Shown: positions 18,076 through 27,033 of the stretch, in pieces
How positions within the stretch are numbered: position 1 is the stretch's first letter
Layout: every line of letters starts with the position of its first letter
Made by a program: the position numbers and the translations under genes
The notes under the pieces: model-generated
What the model saw: the letters and a program-made list of their open reading frames with translations, nothing else
Database searches by the model: none
What the model was told of the DNA's origin: nothing
DNA from: Promethearchaeota archaeon
Lineage (GTDB): Archaea > Asgardarchaeota > Lokiarchaeia > Sigyniarchaeales > SOKP01
Length of the DNA stretch: 35,882 nt
Reading direction: 5' to 3'
Assembly (NCBI GenBank): GCA_016840085.1
Contig: JAEOTA010000068.1
Location: forward strand, 1 to 35,882

Positions 18076-21000
18076 TTAATTAAAAATTTTTGACTTGCCT
18101 AACTCATCCCATCCAATCATGATTCGATGTGGGAATTGTTCTGCAACATCTTCTAAATGAGTGATGAGAATAATTTTCTTAAACATTGATTTCAATTCTA
18201 AAATTTTTTCTACAAAACGTTGTCGGGCTGATTCATCATCCAATGTTCCAAGATCTCCTTCATCAATAAACAGTGTGTTTGATTTTCGAAATAATGCCCC
18301 TGTCGTATCTGGAATCTCTGCGATATGCTCCATTATTGCAAATCGGATAGCCGCATTAATCTGAGTCTTTTCGCCGCCTGAAAAACTACTTGCTTCTCGG
18401 TCACGTTCACCATCAAAAACATTGATTTCAAATCCAACCCTTTTTCCCTTTAATGGTTTAAATGTAATTTGGTTAAATTTCCCATCAGTAAGATCGCTTA
18501 ATATTTGTGAAGCACTAACTGAGATAGCAGGGAGAATTTGCTCTACCGCAAACTTAGGAACTCCATTAAGATGGAAAATATCTTCTCGTAACAACTTATA
18601 TTTTTCAATGTTATCTGTAATCTCTTGTATTTCTTTTTTTATTCGCTTAATTTTACTCTCTTTTTCTTTTATCTTTTCTATATCTTTAGCAATGAAATTG
18701 ATTTCTACTTTTAATCCTTCTATTTTATTTTCCAATTCTTGGAGTTCTTGTTGTTTTTTCCCATATTTATTAGCAATCTCTAAATATTGTTGATATGAAG
18801 ATTCTAATTTTAATAATTTTTTGTTCAGTTTTCCCAATTCGCTTTCTTTTTGTGTGAGATCTTCTTCGCTTTTTTCAATCATAATGGAGAAATCTTTTAT
18901 TTCATTCAATTTACTTTCTATTCCTTCTCTTTCTTTCTCAGTATCTTCTATTCTCTTGAATCCTTCCTTAATTTTATTTAATTGTTCCTTAAATTCAGAA
19001 ATTACTCCTTTTTGTTTCATATCTTTATTTAATGTTTGAATTTTTTCTGAGAATGTAGAGATCTCAGTAATTTTCTTTTTTTCTATTCCATTATATTGAT
19101 TCATTATTGTGTCTTTATCACTCTTAATCTCATCAGCAATGAAGACTGCTTTAGTAATTTTTTTTTGCTTGGGTTTAATTTCTTCTAATTGTTTATTTGT
19201 TTGACTTTCTAATGAAGTAAATTCTTTAATACGTGTGGTATCATTATATTCTTGTGCCATGGGAATCTCAACGTTCTGGAGTCGATAGAGCCTTTCCGTT
19301 AGCATTCCATTATCTTTTAAAATATTGAACGCATCGTCTTTTGTTATAGTGACATCTAAGCTTTTAAGAGTAACATCCTTCTCATTTATTTGTGTTGATA
19401 AATTTTCTAATTGTTCATTATATTGTTTCTCAGTTTGTTGCACCAAATTCTTATTGCTACTAATTTCAGATTGAAGTAATTCAAGCTCGTGAATCACTTT
19501 TTCAATTTCTTCTTTTTTAATTTGTAATTCCTTTCTTTCTTTTTTCACATCTGGTAGATTTTGTAATTTATTTTGTAGTTTATTATATTCTTCTTGCTGT
19601 TGCTTATATTCTTTCAGCTCTGTTTTATCCTCCTCGATCTTTTCTTTTATCCCTTCGATTGATTTTTGAGTAGTTGTATAATTAAAGGCATCCGTCTGAG
19701 TGGCTTCTGTTTTTTCTTTTAAATCCTTTATAGTATTTGATAATTCAGTTTGTCGCTTTCCTTTCTCTTGGAGTCCTTCATTTATTTCTTGTAACTCTCT
19801 TTCTTTTTGAGGTAGTTCCTCAAGAAATTCCTCTAACCCGATAATCTCTCCTTCAAGAGTGGCTTTCTTACCTGTGAAATCATCAATCGTAGATTTTAAA
19901 TTTTGATATATATTGCTGAATATCTTCAATTTAAATAATTTTACAAGCCTTTGTTGCCTTTTTTCTGTTGTTAGAGTAGAAAAGATCTGAAGTTCTTGTT
20001 GTCGTATGAAAAAAGAAGATGTAAAACCTTCATAATCATACCCAATGATATCTTCCAATTTTTTCTCTTTTTCTGGAACGCTAAGTCCAGAAAATAAGGG
20101 ATCTCCATTATACTTTATTTGTAATTTTGGAGATGTCTGACTCCTCTTTACTGATAAGTTCTTATCTCCAATCAATAATTCTAAGGAGACATATCCACCT
20201 TTGTATAGGATCTCATCTAACGTAAGACCCACATCTTTTCGAGAATTTCTTTTAAATACTGCAAAAGTAATAGCATCTAAAATGGAAGATTTACCTGAAC
20301 CTGTAGGTCCTTTAATAACATATAGATCTTCATCGAAACTTATTTTATTTGGCCCTTTTCCATATTTATTAAAATTTTGCATATCAATCGATTTAATAGA
20401 TAATGAACCTTTTGCGGTAAGATCTACTAGCGATAATTCTCTATCTAGCAATTCTAATCCGATATTTTTTAGATCCTTATAATAGTTATGAGTAGCATAT
20501 TTTTGTTCTAGAAAATCTTTAAATAAGCTTTTGGGATCTAAGTTAACTTCTCTTAATTTTGGACTTTCTTTAAAAGCTTTCTCTATGTAAGTTAGATCAA
20601 CATTATAAGAAGACTTGAAATAGTTATCTAATTGATATTTATCAAGGCTAGTCTCTTTCCCTTGAGGATAGTGTATTTGGATTTTACATACAGCTTCTTT
20701 AATTTTTTCTTTTTCTGGTAAATGGTTTAAGGAATATTCGGTTAGGTCTTCAGCATCATCAGGTATTTCAATCTCATGCTGTAATAATTTTCTACACTCA
20801 ATTTTTCGAAATTCTATATCATTATTTTCTACATCATATACGCAATAAAATTTATCAGAATTTCTCTCTCCCATATCAATTCTATCTATTGAACCAGGAA
20901 TAATTATTCGATCATCATTCCACATGGTTTGCTTTAAATGAATATGTCCAAATATAACGAGATCAAAGTATTCTTTTTGAACCATTCCTTTATTGAAATG

Positions 21001-21681
21001 AAATTCTCCATAAATCATAGATGGATTGTTAGTTTCCCTGATTTTTGCCCCTTCCAAATAATAATGACCTAAGAGAATTCTTTTATCACATTCTTTTAGT
21101 TTATTTTCACAGGTCTGTTTTATAAAGGTTCTAAAGATATGTTGCGTAATTATATAATTATCTTTGTCTTTAAGAAAGTCTTCACTTATTATTCTCTTTT
21201 CCTTAAAGATGTTCACTAATACATCAAAGTGAAGATAGGGTAAAAATATAAATCCAATCTTACTCCCATTAGTCTCTATTACTTTCGATCTTATACTCGT
21301 ATATACCTCAACATTTGAAAAATTAGCTAACTCTTGAATATCCACCCCTCGTTGTGGATTTCTTGTTGAATCATGATTACCTCCTAGAATAATTGTGTTA
21401 ATATTACTCTGATTTAGGGGAAGGAAAATTTTTTCTCGTACTATTTTTCTAATGGTAGGGGAAATACTTTTTCTGTGGTATAGATCTCCTAAGAAAATTA
21501 CAAAATCAGCCTTGTCTTTAATGGCTTCATTTATGATTTTTTCACAGTTATTAATGACATCCAAACTTCTTTCAGAAATATTAAGTTCATAATTTTTCCG
21601 GTAAGGATACGTCTTTCCAAAATGAGTGTCCCCAACAAAATAAATTTTTGTCATATTCTTTTCAACTTTATTTATTTTCAA
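18076..21681 (-). CDS. mre11-rad50: Mre11/SbcD nuclease fused to Rad50/SbcC ATPase; likely start ATG 21654
   Basis: Phosphoesterase motifs GDTHFG, GDLYH, GNHD, LGH, GHIH, PGSIDRIDMGE. From aa ~427: Walker A GPTGSGKSS, Q-loop FIRQQE, coiled coil, signature FSGGE, Walker B FIDEGDLGTLD, H-loop ITH. Confidence 0.95.
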   Translation of the reverse strand: MKINKVEKNMTKIYFVGDTHFGKTYPYRKNYELNISERSLDVINNCEKIINEAIKDKADFVIFLGDLYHRKSISPTIRKIVREKIFLPLNQSNINTIILGGNHDSTRNPQRGVDIQELANFSNVEVYTSIRSKVIETNGSKIGFIFLPYLHFDVLVNIFKEKRIISEDFLKDKDNYIITQHIFRTFIKQTCENKLKECDKRILLGHYYLEGAKIRETNNPSMIYGEFHFNKGMVQKEYFDLVIFGHIHLKQTMWNDDRIIIPGSIDRIDMGERNSDKFYCVYDVENNDIEFRKIECRKLLQHEIEIPDDAEDLTEYSLNHLPEKEKIKEAVCKIQIHYPQGKETSLDKYQLDNYFKSSYNVDLTYIEKAFKESPKLREVNLDPKSLFKDFLEQKYATHNYYKDLKNIGLELLDRELSLVDLTAKGSLSIKSIDMQNFNKYGKGPNKISFDEDLYVIKGPTGSGKSSILDAITFAVFKRNSRKDVGLTLDEILYKGGYVSLELLIGDKNLSVKRSQTSPKLQIKYNGDPLFSGLSVPEKEKKLEDIIGYDYEGFTSSFFIRQQELQIFSTLTTEKRQQRLVKLFKLKIFSNIYQNLKSTIDDFTGKKATLEGEIIGLEEFLEELPQKERELQEINEGLQEKGKRQTELSNTIKDLKEKTEATQTDAFNYTTTQKSIEGIKEKIEEDKTELKEYKQQQEEYNKLQNKLQNLPDVKKERKELQIKKEEIEKVIHELELLQSEISSNKNLVQQTEKQYNEQLENLSTQINEKDVTLKSLDVTITKDDAFNILKDNGMLTERLYRLQNVEIPMAQEYNDTTRIKEFTSLESQTNKQLEEIKPKQKKITKAVFIADEIKSDKDTIMNQYNGIEKKKITEISTFSEKIQTLNKDMKQKGVISEFKEQLNKIKEGFKRIEDTEKEREGIESKLNEIKDFSIMIEKSEEDLTQKESELGKLNKKLLKLESSYQQYLEIANKYGKKQQELQELENKIEGLKVEINFIAKDIEKIKEKESKIKRIKKEIQEITDNIEKYKLLREDIFHLNGVPKFAVEQILPAISVSASQILSDLTDGKFNQITFKPLKGKRVGFEINVFDGERDREASSFSGGEKTQINAAIRFAIMEHIAEIPDTTGALFRKSNTLFIDEGDLGTLDDESARQRFVEKILELKSMFKKIILITHLEDVAEQFPHRIMIGWDELGKSKIFN

Positions 21682-21701
21682 TTACTATTAAAGAGTTATT
21701 T

Positions 21702-23378
21702 TTAGTCATCTTCTAATGTCGTTAAATCTGATTCTTCAATAGCTTTAAGAGTTGCTGAAATTGGTACTGTTATTTCTAATTTTTCCTTTAACTTTACTTC
21801 ATCCTTATAATTTAGTACTTCAACTATAGAAGGTACAGCCACAGCATCCCCTCTTACGAAACATTCCCTTTTTTGAAGTCCAGAAATCACCCCACGCCAT
21901 TTTTTTGCATCCGGTAGAGTTTGTACTACCCGTTTTATATCTTTATCATCAGTCATATGCATTACAAAAGTATTTGCGATTTGGGAATACACTTCTTCAT
22001 CAATTTGAGAGGGTCTCTGGTCAACAAAAGCTAGTGTTAATTGGAATTTTCTTGTTTCTCTAGCTATACTATCAAAGATTGTATGTTGAATAACACTTGG
22101 TTTTAGAAATTTATGTGCTTCTTCAACCACTACGACTAATGGGGGCAATTTGCTTTCATCTTCTTTTTGAGAGTACATAGTATATAATCTTCTCGTAATC
22201 ATGTTTGCCACAAATAGATATAAGTGAGAATTTATGCCATATTTTCCAAAATCGATTACTATTGATTTTCCTTCTAGTAATTTATTAAACATATGTTCTA
22301 AGCTATCTTTTCTTTTACTCTCTCCTCTATCTCTTAAGAATTCATATCGTTCAAATCGAATTATTCTATTTTGTAGTGCATTTAATGTCATACTGTGTAA
22401 CCCATAATCTTCAGCCTGAATATTGTTAATCGCATCCAATAGATTATCATGTGCAAATCCTTCAGTCTGTAATAGCCCCTCGACGCGAATTAGGGCGTTT
22501 ACTGAAGCTTCTCTCAATGTCTGAGCACTTGCGATAATATCTCCCGAAGTGATAGTATCTTTATAAACAAAAAAAGGTTCTGCGCCATCTATTACTTCTT
22601 CTTCCTTCTCTATATCACTAAGCCGATAAATCTGAATTTTATCTAAAAAATAGTAAGCTAATCCTTTTGTCTTATCCGAGCGTGATATTAACCCATATTC
22701 ACCTTGCATGTCAAATAATACTAATTGAGAGACTTGGTGCTTTAAAATGAATAGACATAAAATTTTGTTTAATATTGATTTACCAATTCCTGTTCTTCCA
22801 AACAGACCATAGGGTTTTTCTACTAAAAGTTTAAAATCTATTGGTACTTCATATTTAAATCCTCGAAGGGTTCCTATTACATCTGAGTACTCGGACACTC
22901 TATAGATAAGGTTTATCTCCTCGTCAGTAACTCCTCGTCCTTTTGAAAAGATTGGCGGAATGGTATCAAATCCACGCATTAATTCTTGGTATTCTAATTC
23001 GTCTTTTGGTTTACTCGGTAATACTCGAAGACAGCTTAAATCAGCAAGTCCATAAAATTCTTTTCCTCTTACACCTTCTATTTGTGGTGGCGGTAGCAGA
23101 CCAGTAAAAGGAGTGTTCGCAAACTTTTCAGCTAATTCATTGCTAGGATAATACAATCGTGTAATTAATGTATAATACAGCAATTTATCGGTCTCTATCA
23201 CTAGTGGTTGACCAAGGCGTAAATCATCAGGACGTCTTTGGATCTTCAGAGTGATTACACTACTTGGAGGTCCTGTATCTGCGGAACAAACTTCTCCAAT
23301 TTTATTGGGTTCTTCTATTGTTTCTAATCCTTCTAATTCAATATTTAATTCATTATTTTCTTTATCTGACATTTTCAT
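21702..23378 (-). CDS. herA: HerA-family DNA translocase/helicase
   Basis: N-terminal HAS-barrel-like region, Walker A GRTGIGKS, FDMQGEY, Walker B VVVEEAHKF, arginine-finger motif ARETRKF, DQRPSQID. Confidence 0.93.
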   Translation of the reverse strand: MKMSDKENNELNIELEGLETIEEPNKIGEVCSADTGPPSSVITLKIQRRPDDLRLGQPLVIETDKLLYYTLITRLYYPSNELAEKFANTPFTGLLPPPQIEGVRGKEFYGLADLSCLRVLPSKPKDELEYQELMRGFDTIPPIFSKGRGVTDEEINLIYRVSEYSDVIGTLRGFKYEVPIDFKLLVEKPYGLFGRTGIGKSILNKILCLFILKHQVSQLVLFDMQGEYGLISRSDKTKGLAYYFLDKIQIYRLSDIEKEEEVIDGAEPFFVYKDTITSGDIIASAQTLREASVNALIRVEGLLQTEGFAHDNLLDAINNIQAEDYGLHSMTLNALQNRIIRFERYEFLRDRGESKRKDSLEHMFNKLLEGKSIVIDFGKYGINSHLYLFVANMITRRLYTMYSQKEDESKLPPLVVVVEEAHKFLKPSVIQHTIFDSIARETRKFQLTLAFVDQRPSQIDEEVYSQIANTFVMHMTDDKDIKRVVQTLPDAKKWRGVISGLQKRECFVRGDAVAVPSIVEVLNYKDEVKLKEKLEITVPISATLKAIEESDLTTLEDD

Positions 23379-23400
23379 ACCTCTTTTTAAAATAATTTTT

Positions 23401-24474
23401 TTATCTTGATATTTGATCTAAAATTTCATGAAAAGAATTAAATTCTCTTCCATCCATATCGACAGCACCATCCAAAATGTCTTCAGATCGTAATCCTAAT
23501 TTTTTGAGCTCTCTTAAGAGTTCTAATTCATAGGACTCTTTAAAATCCCTCACACTTTTTGCCAATTTATGGGCTTCTATCAGACCAATTGGATATCCTG
23601 GTAATAAATGAACCATAGAATATGCTGCAATAGAAGAAAATAATTGTTCCTTGTCTAATATATCATGGTTAATGTCTACTCGAAACCATTTCACTGCTTC
23701 TCTATGTAATTTTGCAAAATGAACATCTCCCCAATAATCGAATTTTGTCTGCTGTTCAATTACCGCTTCAGGAACATATACATAAGTTAAATCATAGAAT
23801 TGTGTATTATAAAATTTTTTCAGACAATAATCATCAGTATATTGATTCTCTAAGAAATGTGTGCTTGTTGATTTAGATACACCAGCAAATAACACATTAT
23901 TCATTCTACAATTAACTAGGATTCGTGTATAAATATCTTCTCGTTTTAATTCTTTAAAAGTGAGTAATGCTCCATCTTTTACAAGAATGCAATTTTTTCG
24001 AGTTTCCGAGATTTTCTCTAATGCTTTATCTTCGAAATAACTCATAATATTCGAAGCAAAGATTTGAGGTTTTCTTTCTTGAAATCTACTTGCAATTTCT
24101 GAGGCATTAGAAAAAATCTGTGGTTGTGAAGCTAAAACATTTTCATTAAAACTTAGTAAACTAAGATTATCATAAATCTTTGGTGGTGATTTAATGCAAT
24201 AATTTATTCTTCCCTTTCTCATTTCAATACAGTATTCTGTTACAGCAATTCTAAAAAGAACAATCCATGTCTCAGCACCTAAAAATGAAAATAAAAAGCA
24301 ATATGAACCGTCAACCGATATTAATGGTAACACTTCTTCCATGTTAGAAGGTAGAGAAAATGTTATTGCTTCAAGTTCAGGTTTCTTACCTTCTTCTCCT
24401 TCGTCTTCCTCATATTCTCCTAACTTCGCTAGTTTTAATAACTCGATAACATTTTGGATGTCTTTATCTTTCAC
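23401..24474 (-). CDS. nurA: NurA-family nuclease (GTG start)
   Basis: ISVDGS, LVKDGAL, AGVSKST and GYPIGLIEAHKLA; 22 bp upstream of herA. Confidence 0.9.
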   Translation of the reverse strand: MKDKDIQNVIELLKLAKLGEYEEDEGEEGKKPELEAITFSLPSNMEEVLPLISVDGSYCFLFSFLGAETWIVLFRIAVTEYCIEMRKGRINYCIKSPPKIYDNLSLLSFNENVLASQPQIFSNASEIASRFQERKPQIFASNIMSYFEDKALEKISETRKNCILVKDGALLTFKELKREDIYTRILVNCRMNNVLFAGVSKSTSTHFLENQYTDDYCLKKFYNTQFYDLTYVYVPEAVIEQQTKFDYWGDVHFAKLHREAVKWFRVDINHDILDKEQLFSSIAAYSMVHLLPGYPIGLIEAHKLAKSVRDFKESYELELLRELKKLGLRSEDILDGAVDMDGREFNSFHEILDQISR

Positions 24475-24568
24475 ATTAAAACCCTTATAACTTGTCTTTT
24501 ATATTTAAATATATAATAGTTTTATACTTAATTGTTAGCAAAAATATCACCCCTTTTTTTACCTCATT

Positions 24569-26848
24569 TTACCTTGGATCGTAAGGCACAATAATATCTT
24601 CCTTAGTTAATTTTGCTAAATTCTGAACAATGTGGAGTGGCAATATTGTTTTTGGCTGTTGAAATAGAGAACTCCAGTCTAAATAACGTAAATCATTAAA
24701 AATTCTCACTATCTGTTCTATGTTCATATTATTATTAATTTGATAGGTAAGATTTAGTCGCGTTGAAGAAGCAGTTCCTATTCTTGGTTTCGACGTGACA
24801 ATTATCGCATCATGTGGATTTCGGATTAACCCAGAATAATTTACTCTGTATCCATATTTTTCTTCACCATAAAATCTATGCAGTCCTCGTTTAATAGCAG
24901 CAATGACTTTAATATCAGATTCTTTTTCCATAATATGTTCTTGAAGTAACCTTTCCTTAGCCAACAGGGCCCCTTTTTGATATTCTTTTCTTTCAGAAGG
25001 ATAGATTGGCCCATCTTTAAAAAGAAAGATAGTATCAATCTTTTTATTATCTTCAATATCATCATATGTAGATGTTGCCAAGTCAAAGAACCAATCACTT
25101 AAAACTTCAGCAATAATTTTCTCTCCTCGATGGGTATCTATTGAGTTTTTGTATAAGATTCTACCAAGATTATCACATACAGCAGCATATGCAGCAGCTT
25201 CTTTTCTTGTTTCTGGATTCCTTGAGACATCAAACCCCATGAAATAATTATTTTGATTTGGGTTTAGACCACCTGCTGGGCTTTTTAAATGCCAGATTGC
25301 TTCACCGCAACCTAAATATCTTCCATACGCTTTGAGAGCGATATTATAATTCGAAAAAGAGAATCCGCCTTTAAGACTAGCACTTAATAATTCGTTATAG
25401 GTTTTCCATTGAATCATTTCACTTTTTACCAAATGCCTTCCTAGACCTCTCTTCGCAGCAAAATATGTTTTCATAAGATTACTTTTTGGCAATAGTACAA
25501 TGGCAATTTGATCTGTTATTTCTTGTCCAAACTTCTGACATATCCGCATATATCTATCAGGATGAATTCTATCAACCGGAAACAAATTACTTAGTTTAAA
25601 TTCTCCTAAATGTAATTTTTTTGTGTGTTTATTCAAGTAATTATGAAATTGTTTCAAGTGTTCAATTTCACTTTCGGGGGCTACATAACTTATTGGAATC
25701 GAACCCTTTACGTCCACAGGTCCATATTGAAACATAGCATTTTTAATATCTGGATCTGACCAAGGTTTATCAGGTCTACATATGCCACCATTACCAAATT
25801 GAAGGATTGGGGCATTAAGATAGATCTGACTACCGAAATTCACACTCTTATCATTAAGATTAAATAATTTCCTTTCAAATACAAGTTCAGTATTGCCTAA
25901 CTTTAAACCATCTCCTAATATTAAATCAAAAAGTTTGAAAGTCTCTTGTATACGGATTTTTGGTGATAAAGATTTTTTTTCTAAAAATACATTATCAGGA
26001 ATAATCGGATCTAATAAATCAATAACAATTTCTAACACCGATGGGGGATAAGGGAGTGGTTTAGTATTTTTCGAAATTTCAAGTAATAAGGTTGGTTTGT
26101 CATTGGGATTTAATGTTACATGATTTCTCTGAAGCCATCTTCTATGAGGTTCGCTTGTTGTCCAATATTTATACACTGAAGTAGGCTCTCCATCTTGTCC
26201 TTCGAATTTATATTCTTGAATAGAAATATCTATGATATCAACAATTTTGGCAGTAAAAGACCTGTATTTTGATACACTTGGATATTTTACTTTCTTTTTT
26301 AATAAATAGATATTTAACGCACTGAAATTATTATTTTTTGCCCAGGTAAGAAATGAGCTCATTTTAAATTTCCATTTGGTAGTAGGATCTAACCAGACAC
26401 CCACCTTCCCATCTTGTAAGACTTCTACCTCTGAGTAGAATGCATTATAAAATGAAAAGAAATCTTCTTTATAAGATTTCTTATTGTGATATTTCTGACC
26501 TTCAGAACGGGCAAATCCAATAGAAAAAGCTTTTTGTTTAATTAGACTGTTAACGAGATGATTAAGAATCGTATTATGTTCTTTAGTATTTAGAATAATA
26601 TTTTGATCTAATAAAATAAATTTATAATTATTGATCTCAAACTTTTTAAGTGGACTTGTTCCATTTTCTACAAAATAGATTTTATCTCCGTATGAGGTAG
26701 TTGGAAAATTATTATTAAAGAGCTTCCATTCAGCTCCCTTTATTATTCGATAATAATCATCGGGAGGTATTGTACTATCGGATGAATATACTTTCACAGG
26801 TAGTTTTCTCAATGGTTCATCTCGGGTGACAAACATATTAATATTCAT
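24569..26848 (-). CDS. ago: Long prokaryotic Argonaute (N-L1-PAZ-L2-MID-PIWI)
   Basis: L1 VGVWLDP; PAZ TSVYKYW...DKPTLL...PYPPSVL; L2 LSPKIRI...LNAPILQFGNG; MID TYFAAK...SEMI...NIALK; PIWI MGFDVSR (D540), RGEKI (E576), FKDGP (D612), IKRGLHRFY, LPLHIVQNL. Confidence 0.93.
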   Translation of the reverse strand: MNINMFVTRDEPLRKLPVKVYSSDSTIPPDDYYRIIKGAEWKLFNNNFPTTSYGDKIYFVENGTSPLKKFEINNYKFILLDQNIILNTKEHNTILNHLVNSLIKQKAFSIGFARSEGQKYHNKKSYKEDFFSFYNAFYSEVEVLQDGKVGVWLDPTTKWKFKMSSFLTWAKNNNFSALNIYLLKKKVKYPSVSKYRSFTAKIVDIIDISIQEYKFEGQDGEPTSVYKYWTTSEPHRRWLQRNHVTLNPNDKPTLLLEISKNTKPLPYPPSVLEIVIDLLDPIIPDNVFLEKKSLSPKIRIQETFKLFDLILGDGLKLGNTELVFERKLFNLNDKSVNFGSQIYLNAPILQFGNGGICRPDKPWSDPDIKNAMFQYGPVDVKGSIPISYVAPESEIEHLKQFHNYLNKHTKKLHLGEFKLSNLFPVDRIHPDRYMRICQKFGQEITDQIAIVLLPKSNLMKTYFAAKRGLGRHLVKSEMIQWKTYNELLSASLKGGFSFSNYNIALKAYGRYLGCGEAIWHLKSPAGGLNPNQNNYFMGFDVSRNPETRKEAAAYAAVCDNLGRILYKNSIDTHRGEKIIAEVLSDWFFDLATSTYDDIEDNKKIDTIFLFKDGPIYPSERKEYQKGALLAKERLLQEHIMEKESDIKVIAAIKRGLHRFYGEEKYGYRVNYSGLIRNPHDAIIVTSKPRIGTASSTRLNLTYQINNNMNIEQIVRIFNDLRYLDWSSLFQQPKTILPLHIVQNLAKLTKEDIIVPYDPR

Positions 26849-26910
26849 GTATATATCACAACAAGGTGTAAAATATTATATTACTCTATGTGACTAATGT
26901 TTCATCTTTC

Positions 26911-26926
26911 ATATATAAGTATTTCC
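26911..26926 (-). promoter_or_regulatory. BRE/TATA candidate for ago
   Basis: The minus strand reads GGAAATACTTATATAT about 65 bp upstream of the ago ATG. Confidence 0.5.
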
Positions 26927-26962
26927 ATTTTTGAAATTTATTCCATTAGAAATTAGTAATCT

Positions 26963-26977
26963 CAAAAAGTTTATATT
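26963..26977 (+). promoter_or_regulatory. BRE/TATA candidate for the ATPase - PIP protein - RM operon
   Basis: CAAAAAG-TTTATATT about 60 bp upstream of ATG 27034. Confidence 0.55.
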
Positions 26978-27033
26978 CTTAAATAACCAATGTTTATAAT
27001 GTAGATTAATTTATTAAAAAATATTATTAATCC

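Noticed and set aside
14804-20482. Short + strand ORFs inside the minus-strand genes
   Set aside because: They are antisense to well-supported CDSs and have no motifs. The same applies to the antisense or alternative-frame ORFs at 3663, 5711, 9660, 10297, 29254, 31183, 34379 and 34817.
18076-23378. Assignment to Sir2-HerA, DUF4297-HerA, Wadjet or Lamassu systems
   Set aside because: No Sir2, kleisin/KITE or Toprim partner is present; the partners are clearly NurA and Mre11.
24475-24568. SD-like GGGGTGAT with an 18-codon TTG ORF, plus TATA-like words, between ago and nurA
   Set aside because: Too short and AT-rich to call. It does mean nurA may have its own promoter, so ago-nurA co-transcription is unproven.
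24841-25098. 85-aa alternative-frame ORF within ago
   Set aside because: It overlaps the PIWI catalytic region and has no independent evidence.
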